Shown: positions 20,459 through 30,867 of the stretch, piece by piece
Layout: each line of letters opens with the position of its first letter
Position numbering within the stretch: the first letter of the stretch is position 1
From: Oceanispirochaeta sp.
GTDB taxonomy: Bacteria > Spirochaetota > Spirochaetia > DSM-2461
Direction: 5' to 3'
Assembly: GCA_963666275.2 (NCBI GenBank)
Contig: CAXXOA010000001.1
Span: 2,496,001 to 2,560,000, forward strand
DNA length: 64,000 bases
The notes under the pieces: model-generated
What the model was told of the DNA's origin: nothing
Seen by the model: the letters and a program-made list of their open reading frames with translations, nothing else
Databases searched by the model: none
Made by a program: the position numbers and the translations under genes

Positions 20459-22555
20459 CTATGAGAGCCGGAAGTGTTCAATCTGCGTTTTCAGGGAATC
20501 CAGGCCCTTTTCGTTTTTGCGGCTCTCATCATCCAGAACCACCACGGACTGCTGAATCTGACGGACCCCCTGAGCGATCTCTTCCACTCCCTGCTTTGTA
20601 AGGTCCACCATCTCACGGCTTTTTTCAACCCCTGATGTGATGGCGCCGGTGCTGTTCACAATCATAGCGGTCTGTTCGGAAACCCCGGTCACGCTCTGGG
20701 TCAGAGCTCCCGAGGCGGAAAGGACCTGAGTGGCTCCTGAGGACATCTCTGTCATGGAAGTGGCAATCTCAGACAGGGAGTTCACCATGATACTCACTTC
20801 GGACTGAATCAGTTTAAAAGAGTTAAGGCTCTCGCCGGATGAGTCAGAAGCATTTTTGATCGCCAGGCTGATGGCATCGAGGAGTTCCGTAATGGCCCGG
20901 GAGTTCTGTCCCGAGGACTCTGCGAGCTTGCGGATCTCGTCTGCCACAACGGCAAAACCCTTTCCGGCCTCTCCCGCATGGGCGGCTTCGATGGCGGCAT
21001 TCATGGCCAGCAGGTTGGTCTGGGAAGCTATATTGTCAATCACGGCGGTGATTTCAAGAATACTGTCTGTCTGTTTTGCCACATTCAGGATCTGCTGATT
21101 GGCCTTCTCTATCTGATGGGCTCCGTCCCGGGTGTATCCCACCAGTTTTTCCGATCCTTCCGAACGCTGGGAGGTGATATGGGAGACGCTGTTGATAGAG
21201 GACATCATCTGCTCCACCGACGCAGAGGACTGAACAACCGCCGAAGACTGATCCTCCACCAGAGAATCCAGGGTTTTTACGGCATCTGAAATATCCACGG
21301 AAGACCGGTAGTTCCCGTCCACTTCCCGGCTCAGATGCTCTATTTGCCTGGTGATGGACTCCAGATTGGCCAGGATCTCCGTAACAGCCGATGAGGTTTC
21401 CGCACTGGCGCCGCTGATATTCCGGCTTAAACTCATACTATCGTCAAAGGACTCCCTGATGGAAAGGAGAAGAGCTCTGGTGGATTCTACAGCTTTATAG
21501 AGACCTGTGCTGATCTCCCCAAGTTCATCATTTTTCACATAGTCAGGCTGCCAGGTCATATCCCCCAGGGCAACCTTTTCCACCCCTTCCATCACAATCC
21601 CCAGAGGACGGGAGATCTGGCGGAATAAACGGAATGCCATAAAAAACGAAAGGATCAGAACAAAACAGACTGCTATCAGCCCCAGTCTGAAGTACTGGTT
21701 CACAACCTGATCCAGCTCCCCTCTTTTCACGACAAGGAGCTGGTTGCTGTTTTCCTGTTCCTGTATAAGCAGGGGGATAAGTTCATCATAAGCATCCTGA
21801 ATCGCCTCCTCCTGCTGGCTGATGCGATTGTTAACAGTAATGATTCTTGCGATTCCACGGGCATAGGTATCCAGGGCCTGAAACATCATATTTTTCACTT
21901 CCGGCGAAAAGCTCTCATCTCCGATCATTTCACGGATTAAATCGATGGAATCACGGTTCCTTCCTGCATACTTTTCGGTCAGTCTGAGAAGATAATCTTT
22001 TTCATGCCTCCTCATCATCAGATATTCGATCATAAGGGAGTTCCTATGATTGTCGGAAATAATGGCCTCCAGTTCATGGGCCGCCGTTCTGAACTCTCCC
22101 CGCAGGCCCTCCTCTTCACTGAGACCTTTTTCTGTAAGCATATCAAAGAGGGAGAGTGTTTCTGATTCATACCTGGTTACAATGCCGTCTATCTGTGTCA
22201 GCATATCCAGTGCGCCCTGATCGGTTCCCACCTGTTCCTGAATGGATTTTTCCAGATCCTCCAGCTCCCAGAGATCATCCCTGGCGTCATTAATACTTTC
22301 ATAATAACGTTCTTTATCTTCGGAACGTTTGTGGAGGAGATAGGATTTCTCGGCCTCCGCACTTCCCAGAACCGTATATCCCAGATTCTGAATAGCCTCA
22401 TTCTTGACGGCAAAAAGGTCAAGAAAAAAGCTGTATTCCCTCTGAGCCATGAGCAGACTGTTCATAAGCATTCCGGACGTGGCAATAAAGAGGAGTAAAA
22501 TGAGGGCTATAAAAAACAGGATTTTAAACCTTATACTCGATGCGGATTTAACCAT
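20459..22555 (-). CDS. Methyl-accepting chemotaxis protein
   Basis: Two TMs, periplasmic helical sensor, [39 protein letters not shown]. Confidence 0.95.
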   Translation of the reverse strand: MVKSASSIRFKILFFIALILLLFIATSGMLMNSLLMAQREYSFFLDLFAVKNEAIQNLGYTVLGSAEAEKSYLLHKRSEDKERYYESINDARDDLWELEDLEKSIQEQVGTDQGALDMLTQIDGIVTRYESETLSLFDMLTEKGLSEEEGLRGEFRTAAHELEAIISDNHRNSLMIEYLMMRRHEKDYLLRLTEKYAGRNRDSIDLIREMIGDESFSPEVKNMMFQALDTYARGIARIITVNNRISQQEEAIQDAYDELIPLLIQEQENSNQLLVVKRGELDQVVNQYFRLGLIAVCFVLILSFFMAFRLFRQISRPLGIVMEGVEKVALGDMTWQPDYVKNDELGEISTGLYKAVESTRALLLSIRESFDDSMSLSRNISGASAETSSAVTEILANLESITRQIEHLSREVDGNYRSSVDISDAVKTLDSLVEDQSSAVVQSSASVEQMMSSINSVSHITSQRSEGSEKLVGYTRDGAHQIEKANQQILNVAKQTDSILEITAVIDNIASQTNLLAMNAAIEAAHAGEAGKGFAVVADEIRKLAESSGQNSRAITELLDAISLAIKNASDSSGESLNSFKLIQSEVSIMVNSLSEIATSMTEMSSGATQVLSASGALTQSVTGVSEQTAMIVNSTGAITSGVEKSREMVDLTKQGVEEIAQGVRQIQQSVVVLDDESRKNEKGLDSLKTQIEHFRLS

Positions 22556-22721
22556 TGAAATCTCCCGGAGACTATTTTCATTTCTTTTACAGTTAAGATC
22601 TGTTTGCCATAATTGTAATCAATAAAAGAGTAGAAAAGCAAAAAGTATTGACTTTCCCCTCTTTTCATCACTACTTTTTACAGATTATCCCGTTATATCC
22701 GGGAGAAAAGGAGTGAGAGAT

Positions 22722-22937
22722 ATGAACTGTCCCGATTGTCAGGGAGAACTGAAAGGAAACGGTAACAAGTACCAGTGCCAGGAGTGCGAAACCCTCTGGC
22801 AGATAGATTTTACCTGCGATGTCTGCGGCAGCACACCTTCCCTTCTGTCCAGCTGCGGATCGGTGAGTTTTTTCTGCGATTCCTGCAAATCCATGAAATC
22901 CCGGAGTTCCATGGAGAAAAAATATACAAAGCTCTGA
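22722..22937 (+). CDS. Double zinc-ribbon protein (YfgJ-like)
   Basis: Four CxxC pairs plus CGSVSFFC motif; AAGGAG RBS. Confidence 0.7.
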   Translation: MNCPDCQGELKGNGNKYQCQECETLWQIDFTCDVCGSTPSLLSSCGSVSFFCDSCKSMKSRSSMEKKYTKL

Positions 22938-23007
22938 TACCGCCCCATTCGTTCCCGGCAGACCATATTGTACAGTCCTCCGGGGAAGAGTATAATTCCC
23001 GACAGGT

Positions 23008-23493
23008 ATGTCCCAATCAAGAAACAAGACGAAAACCAATGCGGTAAGGCTCCTCGAAAACAGAAAGGTCCCCTTTCATCTTGTGGAATATGAAGTGGAT
23101 GAAGCGGACCTGAGTGCTGTGAATGCCGCGGCGAAAGCCGGTCTGGATGCGGACCAGGTCTTCAAAACCCTAGTACTGAGGGGAAACACGGGAGAGGTAT
23201 TTGTCTGCGTGGTCCCCGGCGCCTGTGAAGTCAATCTTAAAAAAGCCTCCCGGGCGGGGGGATTCAAAAAAGCGGATCTGATCCCCGTGAAAGAGATCCT
23301 CTCTCTGACCGGTTATATCCGCGGGGGCTGTTCTCCTCTGGGAATGAAAAAATCCTATCCCACCTACATTGACGAAACCTGCCTTCTCTATGAGAACATA
23401 TATGTCAGCGCAGGAATGCGGGGACTTCAGCTTGAAATATCTCCTGCTCGGCTTTGTGAGGCCTCAGGAGCCGTTCTCTCTGATCTTGTGTGA
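23008..23493 (+). CDS. ybaK: Cys-tRNA(Pro) deacylase YbaK
   Basis: KTNAVRLL, VFKTLV, TGYIRGGCSPLGMKK, SAGMRG. Confidence 0.92.
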   Translation: MSQSRNKTKTNAVRLLENRKVPFHLVEYEVDEADLSAVNAAAKAGLDADQVFKTLVLRGNTGEVFVCVVPGACEVNLKKASRAGGFKKADLIPVKEILSLTGYIRGGCSPLGMKKSYPTYIDETCLLYENIYVSAGMRGLQLEISPARLCEASGAVLSDLV

Positions 23494-23542
23494 TCCGGGT
23501 TTTCCGTGCTATAAGAAATATAATCTGAACAGAAATACCTTT

Positions 23543-24085
23543 ATGAATGAACAGGAAAACTGCCGGGAACTGCTCTTTGATGCACTACAGGACCTGGTAT
23601 TCGAGTCGCCCATTGATAAAATCTCAGTCAGGAACATTGTTGAGGCTGCCGGTGTCAGCCGTTCCACCTTCTACAGGCACTGTTATGATAAATACGATCT
23701 TCTGAACAGTTATTACAATTCTGTTCTGAACAGAACACTCTACCGTTACCGGAAAGATCTTGACTGGACTGGCGCTCTGGATGCGATCTATTCGGAAATA
23801 CAATACAACCTGCCTTTCTATCAGAATGCTCTGAAATCCAGAGATATAAACTGCCTTAAAAACCATATTCTCAACATCAGCAATACCTTCCATTTTTCTA
23901 TTCTGGAAGCCAACGGCGTGGATATGAATGACTGGCGGAATATCCGGTCCATCCAGTCCAGTATCTACGGGAATCTTGAAATTATGATGATCTGGATCAT
24001 GGAGGGAATGAAAGAGCCCATCCCGGAAATGATCGAGATTATGAACGAACATATTCCCCGGAGATTCGCTCCCTTCTTTTTATAG
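23543..24085 (+). CDS. TetR/AcrR-family regulator (DhaS-like)
   Basis: HTH ISVRNIVEAAGVSRSTFYRHCYDKYDL; start MNEQ at 23543. Confidence 0.88.
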   Translation: MNEQENCRELLFDALQDLVFESPIDKISVRNIVEAAGVSRSTFYRHCYDKYDLLNSYYNSVLNRTLYRYRKDLDWTGALDAIYSEIQYNLPFYQNALKSRDINCLKNHILNISNTFHFSILEANGVDMNDWRNIRSIQSSIYGNLEIMMIWIMEGMKEPIPEMIEIMNEHIPRRFAPFFL

Positions 24086-24121
24086 GATCCTCCCGGAACC
24101 ATCAGAAAACTCTCCTCTCAT

Positions 24122-24145
24122 GAGACATCCGGATCAAAATGTTTC
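24122..24145. promoter_or_regulatory. Candidate TetR operator upstream of the flavin oxidoreductase
   Basis: GAGACAT-N10-ATGTTTC imperfect inverted repeat between the TetR gene and its likely target. Confidence 0.4.
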
Positions 24146-24207
24146 TTGGTAATCGCTATTTTTTTATAGATAATAGTTTAATTGAATACATAAAACAGGA
24201 GATTACA

Positions 24208-25725
24208 ATGATATCCAGAAGAGAATTTATCAAGGCTGCGGCTGCCGGAGCGGTAGGTGCCACAGCTCTGGGGGTTCTGGGCGGATGTTCCAGAAAATCA
24301 ACAGAAGTCAATTTTGACAGAGAAACGGAAGTTCTGGTTGTGGGAGCCGGTGGAGCCGGTATGGCCGCGGCAGCACAGGCGGCAGCTGATGGAGCACAAG
24401 TTCTTGTACTTGAAAAGGCCGGTCTTGTGGGTGGAACAACAAACTACTCGGGCGGCGTTATGCAGGCTGCGGGAACTTCGGTCCAGAAAGAGTTCTCCTC
24501 CTACCAGAATGACACCCCCGAAAACCACTATAAACTCTGGACAGCCTCGGGTGAGGGATATATTGACGAAGAGCTCGTCAAAGACCTGGCCTACGGGGCC
24601 CCCGAACATATCGACTGGCTCACAGATCTGGGTCTAAAATGGACCAGCGTCTACGGTCACTGTCATGTCCCCTACATAGATGATGCGCTTTATGCCGACA
24701 GGATCCATGTATACGAAGGAGGCGGCGGCGAAGGCGGCGGAGTCATTCTGGTTCAAGCTCTTCTGAAAGCGGCAGAAGCGTCCGGTGCGGTTGTGGAAGT
24801 TGACAGCGAAGCCACCGAACTGGTCCTCAATGAACAGCAGGAAGTTGTGGGAATCATCGCTCTGCAGGAGGGTAAAGAGGTGGCTATCAAAGCCTCCAGG
24901 GGTGTGATCCTGGCAGCCGGATCCATCGATAAAAACGTGAAAATGGCCAAACAGCTGAGCCCCCAGCAGTACTGGGATCTGACCTCTCAGATCTGCCTTT
25001 GCGCCGAAACTGATACAGGAGACGGTATTAAAATGGCATCCGCCGCAGGCGCTGCCATTGGCGGATTCGGCGGAACCATCGACTTCTGCGGAAAAACCGG
25101 AGCGGCCACTAGCAACAAATTCCCCATGTTCCCCTATTTTATAGTCAATACAAAAGGGCTGCGCTTTGTCTGTGAAGATGCCACCTATGCCTATCATTAC
25201 CGTGCGATCTTCCAGCAGGAAACTCAGCTGCAGGGCCCCACCTACATGATATTCGGTCAGTCCAGCCTGAGCAGTCCCGTTACGAGATGGACCCCTGAGT
25301 CGCTGAAAAAAGACATTGCCGACGGGGTTGTCATTGCCGGAGATTCCATTGAGGAACTGGCGAGTAAGATCGGTGTACCCGCGGAAAATCTGTCCCGCAC
25401 ACTGTCCGTCTGGAATGAAAATGCCCGGAAAGGGACAGACCCCGAGTACGATCGAAATACGGGAATCGAACCTTTGAGCGGCCCCTTCTATGCCTATAAA
25501 AATGTCTCCTTCAACCTGGGAGCCATTGGCGGTGTCACCATAAACACCAACTGCCAGGTACTGAAGCCCAACGGAGAGGTTCTGCCCCGGCTCTATGCGA
25601 GCGGCCTGAATGCAGGGGGCTGGATAGGCCCCTACTACCCCGGTTCGGGAACAGCCATTATGGGTCTGATTCACTGGGGTAGAAAAGCCGGTTCCCATGC
25701 GGCGGCTCTGGAAAGCCTTAGCTGA
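24208..25725 (+). CDS. Tat-exported lipoprotein, flavocytochrome c/FAD-binding-2 oxidoreductase
   Basis: SRREFIK twin-arginine signal with LGGC lipobox; VVGAGGAG FAD motif, GDGIKMA. Confidence 0.85.
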   Translation: MISRREFIKAAAAGAVGATALGVLGGCSRKSTEVNFDRETEVLVVGAGGAGMAAAAQAAADGAQVLVLEKAGLVGGTTNYSGGVMQAAGTSVQKEFSSYQNDTPENHYKLWTASGEGYIDEELVKDLAYGAPEHIDWLTDLGLKWTSVYGHCHVPYIDDALYADRIHVYEGGGGEGGGVILVQALLKAAEASGAVVEVDSEATELVLNEQQEVVGIIALQEGKEVAIKASRGVILAAGSIDKNVKMAKQLSPQQYWDLTSQICLCAETDTGDGIKMASAAGAAIGGFGGTIDFCGKTGAATSNKFPMFPYFIVNTKGLRFVCEDATYAYHYRAIFQQETQLQGPTYMIFGQSSLSSPVTRWTPESLKKDIADGVVIAGDSIEELASKIGVPAENLSRTLSVWNENARKGTDPEYDRNTGIEPLSGPFYAYKNVSFNLGAIGGVTINTNCQVLKPNGEVLPRLYASGLNAGGWIGPYYPGSGTAIMGLIHWGRKAGSHAAALESLS

Positions 25726-25746
25726 TAATCAGGGAATTGATTTAAC

Positions 25747-25785
25747 ATCCGGTCTTTCGTCTATCACGAAGTCCGGATTTTTTTT
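25747..25785 (+). terminator. Rho-independent terminator
   Basis: ATCCGG..TTCGT/ACGAA..CCGGAT hairpin followed by a T-run. Confidence 0.75.
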
Positions 25786-25917
25786 GCCTGAAGGGCTGTT
25801 TCACTCTTTCTGCCCCCCATAGGTAATCCCTCTTTCTCTTATTCAAATTTGATTAATGAACGCGGGAGCATTAGGCTTTAATTAAATAGCAATATAATAA
25901 TATTTAAGGAGGGCATA

Positions 25918-26307
25918 ATGCCGCTACTACATTGGGATGAGAAGTACAGCACCGGCATCCGTGAAATGGATGAGCAGCACAAGAAATGGATGGAATTGAT
26001 CAACAGATTCTATGACAGGATCAATGACGTTAAACTTCAGGACAATATGAAAGACACCCTGAAAGAAGCCATTGACTACACGGTTTACCATTTTGATCAG
26101 GAAGAGAAATTCATGGCCGACAAGGGGTACAGCAAACTGTCGGAACAGAAAAAGGAGCATGAAAGGATCAAAAACAAACTGTTTGAATTTCAGGATCTGC
26201 TGGACCACGATAAACTTGTTGTTTCCAGCCCCCTGACCAGAGAGATGAAAAGCTGGTTTAACGAACATATCACCAATATGGACAAGGAGTACGGGGATCT
26301 GTCCTGA
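25918..26307 (+). CDS. Bacteriohemerythrin
   Basis: W...YSTGI..MDEQH, HFDQEE, QKKEH, HITNMD. Confidence 0.9.
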   Translation: MPLLHWDEKYSTGIREMDEQHKKWMELINRFYDRINDVKLQDNMKDTLKEAIDYTVYHFDQEEKFMADKGYSKLSEQKKEHERIKNKLFEFQDLLDHDKLVVSSPLTREMKSWFNEHITNMDKEYGDLS

Positions 26308-26595
26308 TATTTGTAATCTCACCGCTACGGAGTGTCTGAAAGGATCCGAATAAACCTGAGACACTCAAGCCCGGCAACAACTCCCCGTTCTGCCGGGCCT
26401 TTATCTTTATGACGGACTGAAATCCCACCGCATCCATTAGTTCCTGAAAGTGAATTCCCGTTTAAATAATACTCCTGAGTATAAAAATACCCTGTACAGG
26501 AATCCTCTGTTGCCTATTTAACGGAAAGAGCTCTTATAAAATAAGTATGGCATTGTAATTGCATATTGATCTCTAAACAATTTACGGAGGCAAAT

Positions 26596-26841
26596 ATGCT
26601 GAAACAGACATGGGAAAAAGTATTTGAATACGCCAGCTCCCCCCTGCATGGAACCTTATCCAGAAAACAGAGGAACGGAGTGAAGATTCAGGTCAACGAG
26701 GGAGACATCTATGAAAAAGCTGTCTTTTTTCTGGGAGAGGAGTTTGTGAGAATTACCGAAACCAGGGAAAATGAAACTGTCAATGTGTACTATGACTGGG
26801 AAAAGCTTTCATCCATAAAGACCATCAGTAACAAAGAGTAA
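26596..26841 (+). CDS. Small hypothetical protein
   Basis: GGAGG RBS before ATG 26596; no recognised domain. Confidence 0.6.
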   Translation: MLKQTWEKVFEYASSPLHGTLSRKQRNGVKIQVNEGDIYEKAVFFLGEEFVRITETRENETVNVYYDWEKLSSIKTISNKE

Positions 26842-26963
26842 ACCCGATTCTATGAACAGATGATGCCTCAGGGCATTGTCTGTTCCCGTCGAACTGAAGA
26901 ACTGTTTATCAGATTTTCCGGACTTTGATTGAAGCCGGTCCCTGTTCTGCTTAGAATTGTAGG

Positions 26964-27995
26964 ATGGAAGGCTCAAAAATCCTGAATACAGATATCCGGT
27001 ATGTGATATTCCGGTCTTTTATCATTTTCACGGGAACAATCTCTTTGATATTCACAGTTGTCCATATCCTGCTGCAGCGGCCCCTGGTCAACATCCTGAC
27101 TAGCCTGGTGTCTCTGGGGCTCTGTCTCTTCTGGTTCTTTTTTTCAGGGAACAGAGCCAAATATACTCTTTCCCGGATCAGCTTTCTGGCTGTATTTTCT
27201 CTTGTCTGGCTTCCATTGGGATACCTGACCTCTCCCGGTTCCTACAGTGCCATGCCCTACCTGGTGATCATGGCGGCATTTATGCTGACGGTTATAGTGA
27301 AAAATCCATGGGAATATGTGTTTCCCCTTTCCATGGTGATTCAGATGCCTTTTCTTTTCCGCATGGAGATCTGGTATGCCCATCTTTTCGAGCGCTACAC
27401 CAGCGAAGAATACAGAATCAACGATCTGACCATGAACTTCACCGTTGTCATTCTCACAGTGATCCTGACAGCCATGTTCCTGATGCGGAAGTACCGGGAC
27501 TTTAACAGCCTTATGTACGATCTGAGCATACAGGATGATCTGACAGGCCTTTACAACAAACGCTATCTGATGAAAGCCCTGGAACAGGAAAAAAACAGGG
27601 CCGAAAGGACAGGCCGGGAGTTTACTCTCTTTTTCCTGGACCTGGATAATTTCAAAAAGGTCAATGACAATCTGGGTCATATGGAGGGAGACAGGATTCT
27701 GCAGGAGCTCTCTGAAATACTGCGGAACGGAATCAGAAACTATGACCTGGCGGCCAGATACGGGGGGGATGAGTTTATTCTTCTCTTTCCCGGAACTCTT
27801 CCCGAAGACGGAAAGGTCTATATGCAGAGACTGGAGATAGAACTGAAAGAGTTCTGCCGGAAATACAGCGAATTCAATCTGGCGGTCTGCTGGGGGATGA
27901 GCCACAGCCGGGGGAAAACTCCCGAAGAGATCCTGAGCGAAGCCGACAGAAATCTGTATCTGTGCAAAGCCGAAAACAGGTCTTCCTCCCGATAG
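26964..27995 (+). CDS. Membrane diguanylate cyclase
   Basis: About 5 TMs, DDLTGLYN, DLDNFK, RNYD I-site, GGDEF. Confidence 0.92.
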   Translation: MEGSKILNTDIRYVIFRSFIIFTGTISLIFTVVHILLQRPLVNILTSLVSLGLCLFWFFFSGNRAKYTLSRISFLAVFSLVWLPLGYLTSPGSYSAMPYLVIMAAFMLTVIVKNPWEYVFPLSMVIQMPFLFRMEIWYAHLFERYTSEEYRINDLTMNFTVVILTVILTAMFLMRKYRDFNSLMYDLSIQDDLTGLYNKRYLMKALEQEKNRAERTGREFTLFFLDLDNFKKVNDNLGHMEGDRILQELSEILRNGIRNYDLAARYGGDEFILLFPGTLPEDGKVYMQRLEIELKEFCRKYSEFNLAVCWGMSHSRGKTPEEILSEADRNLYLCKAENRSSSR

Positions 27996-28021
27996 AGGTC
28001 CCGGGAGCTCTTCCGCCCTTA

Positions 28022-30712
28022 TTAAACCCTGTTTGCCCTGCTGAGCTGCTTTTTCAGCTCCTCCAGACAGACAGGCCGGGAAGACAGGTAACCCTGAAAT
28101 TCCTCGCAGCCAAGGGCCCTGATAAAATGGAGCTGATCATAGGTTTCCACCCCTTCCACAATAACTTTGATTCCCATCTCCTGAGCCAGACTGGAAATGG
28201 CTTTCAGGATAGTCCCGTCATCGGTGGGAAAATCCTTAATAAACATCCTGTCTACTTTGAGCTTGTCGGACTGAAGTTTTTTAAGATAGCTCAGGGAGGA
28301 ATAACCGGTTCCGAAGTCATCAATGGCCACGGATATATCATTCTGATGGAGCAGCTGTATGATCCTGTTTGTATGTTCAAGATCCTCTATCAGTGTGGTT
28401 TCGGTAATTTCAAAACAGATATTCCGGGTTTTGATAGGGCTTGTTCCGATCAGTTCGATCAGGTTCATAACCAGAGAGTAGTCATTGAACTCCTCCGAAG
28501 AGAGGTTGATGGAAATCCTGGCATCCCCGGGGAGCAGGGGCATAATGGATGAGATCTCCCTGAGGACTTTTCCGAGGATGCAGATCCCGAGCCTTTTGAT
28601 CTGTTTTGTCTCCTCCATGATCGGGATAAACAGGTTGGGTGACAGGGCTCCCAGTCTGGCATTATCCCAGCGTACCAGAGCTTCCGCTCCCGTAATTCCC
28701 ATGGTGCTCACATCCATCTGCAGCTGATAGACCACATGAAATTCATCCCTCAGAAAGGCATTTTCTATCTCATCCTTGATGATCCGGGTCTGCTTGACCC
28801 CTTCGTAAATGTCATGATTATAGATCAGATACTTGGCCCTTTTCATGGAGCTCAGAGCTTCAAGGGCAATAAAAGCATTATTGACAAGGTCCCTTCTGGA
28901 CTCGCCGTGATCAGTAGAAACAGCTATACCCGAGAGATACCTGAGGGGAGTGTCCATCTGCTGAAGAAACCGCATGGAGGAAATAGCCTTATCCAGGTTC
29001 TCCATAAGATCAATAATATCCCCTTCCCTTTCTATGGGAACTGACAGAAGGAGGAGTTCCGATGTGGGGACCAGAATGACCCCTTCACTGATCACAAGAT
29101 CATAGAGCCGGCTTGTAAGATTCGATATGAAATCCTTCTCTTCCCTGTCTGTGAGCCGATAGCGCAGAGAGCTCACTCCCTGGAGCTTGAGCACAATAAC
29201 GGCCTGTTTTCCGCCTGCGCTGCCGGAGGCCGCAAAGTTGGAAGTGAGCATTTCCACTGTCTGCTCAGTCATGAGATAGTAGGGCTGCATCTCATTCTCT
29301 ATGGTGATTTCACCCAGCAGAGATTTGGGTTCCGAATAGATACCGATCCAGTAGGAAACCTTTCCGGGGCGGGTCTGAACTGTATAGATTCTCAGATATT
29401 TCTGGATATAGACATTATTGGCTGCCAGGTCCCAGATATTTCCCTCCCAGGCAATATCCTTTGTCAGATCCAGTTGGAGCGAATTGATGGAACCGCTCCT
29501 CAGGAATTTATGGGGCTGTTTTCCCCGTATCTCATGAAAAGAGTATCCGTAGAGAGTTTCAAATACGCTGTTACAGTAAATGAGGCTTTTATTCCTGTCG
29601 AGAATGATGATTCCCTCATGAGAGTTGTCCGAAATATACCCGGAAGCCATAAGAAGGAGATGTTCGTTTTCCTTGAGAGAGAAAAGGAAGAGGATGACCA
29701 GAATAAAAAAGGCTAACACAGCCAGCAGAAGCGGCTGTATCCAGGGATGCTTCAGATAGAAGTTGGATTCATTCTCTATAAGCTGATTCAGATTGAAACT
29801 GCTGAGGATAAACCATGTGCCGCTGATGGAATCAAAAACCAGCGGAATATCGTCATTGGTAATGATTTCACTGAAATAGATAAGGCCGTTCTGATTAATC
29901 CGGTTTGTTTGATTTGCAACAAGGTCAGTGTAGAGTTCCGATGAGAGATTAAGCTGAAAGACAGCACCCAGATCCCTCCCGGTTTCAAAATCCTTCATGC
30001 TTATAAAATGATTCTTGTCGATAAGACCGATATCAATAGAGGACACACGGTTGGATTCATAGGATTCCAGGATTTCAAGCAGGGAAAATCCGTCAAAGTT
30101 CATAATGAGGAAGCCTTCCCGGCTTCCCTGGTGAATAATGGGAAGAGCAAAGCGGATTGTCGGCTCATAGGGAAAGACAATCTCCCCGTTTTCAATATTC
30201 AGATCAAAATCAGAAACATACATTTGTTCTGTCTGAATGGTATTCAGACTCCTGAAATAGTACCTGTCCGACTTATCCTGGAGCTCCCCGGACGGGACAA
30301 CTTCGATGGTCCCCTGATTTTTATGAACCCTGGCAATCTCTATTCCCTGATTATTCAGGTAGCGGATCTGGGAGTATTTTATCTTGCTGTTGAGAAACCG
30401 GGAAAACATGCTGACAAGCTCATCATAGAACCCGGGAGATCCCGGTTCAGCAGCAAAGTCCTGGAACTCATTGGAGTAGCGGATCAGTTTGAGATCGTCA
30501 TAGACCTCTTTGAGAAGATTCTGTATCTGATAGCTGTTAATGGCCGTCAGGAGTTCCTGTTTCTTTTCAATTTCATTGACCACCACCTCATACTGGTTGG
30601 TGTAAATGGAATGGAGGAAAAACCCCACCAGCAGGAGCGCCGGGAAACCGATCAGAATAAACCTTCTGATCAGCGGCTGAATAAAGGACGAAAGAGTCAG
30701 GTTGAATTTCAT
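28022..30712 (-). CDS. Cache-PAS-(degenerate GGDEF)-EAL c-di-GMP phosphodiesterase
   Basis: TMs, Cache-like KSDRYYF, PAS, EAL motif GAEALVRW and IDDFGTGYSSL. Confidence 0.9.
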   Translation of the reverse strand: MKFNLTLSSFIQPLIRRFILIGFPALLLVGFFLHSIYTNQYEVVVNEIEKKQELLTAINSYQIQNLLKEVYDDLKLIRYSNEFQDFAAEPGSPGFYDELVSMFSRFLNSKIKYSQIRYLNNQGIEIARVHKNQGTIEVVPSGELQDKSDRYYFRSLNTIQTEQMYVSDFDLNIENGEIVFPYEPTIRFALPIIHQGSREGFLIMNFDGFSLLEILESYESNRVSSIDIGLIDKNHFISMKDFETGRDLGAVFQLNLSSELYTDLVANQTNRINQNGLIYFSEIITNDDIPLVFDSISGTWFILSSFNLNQLIENESNFYLKHPWIQPLLLAVLAFFILVILFLFSLKENEHLLLMASGYISDNSHEGIIILDRNKSLIYCNSVFETLYGYSFHEIRGKQPHKFLRSGSINSLQLDLTKDIAWEGNIWDLAANNVYIQKYLRIYTVQTRPGKVSYWIGIYSEPKSLLGEITIENEMQPYYLMTEQTVEMLTSNFAASGSAGGKQAVIVLKLQGVSSLRYRLTDREEKDFISNLTSRLYDLVISEGVILVPTSELLLLSVPIEREGDIIDLMENLDKAISSMRFLQQMDTPLRYLSGIAVSTDHGESRRDLVNNAFIALEALSSMKRAKYLIYNHDIYEGVKQTRIIKDEIENAFLRDEFHVVYQLQMDVSTMGITGAEALVRWDNARLGALSPNLFIPIMEETKQIKRLGICILGKVLREISSIMPLLPGDARISINLSSEEFNDYSLVMNLIELIGTSPIKTRNICFEITETTLIEDLEHTNRIIQLLHQNDISVAIDDFGTGYSSLSYLKKLQSDKLKVDRMFIKDFPTDDGTILKAISSLAQEMGIKVIVEGVETYDQLHFIRALGCEEFQGYLSSRPVCLEELKKQLSRANRV

Positions 30713-30867
30713 ATACCATTCCGGATGAAAATATTTTGCTTCAGAATCCTGAATAAGACAGATTTCACAATTTTTAAATTATAATAAATTCAGGTTTTGT
30801 TTTCAAGGAGTGCTCCCGGAGGGAGACAAGGGGAGATTAAAAAACGGGATTAATCCCGGCGCCTCAG

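Noticed and set aside
26854..26885. 14-bp hairpin after the small hypothetical gene as a terminator
   Set aside because: Good stem but no U-tract on either strand; function cannot be assigned.
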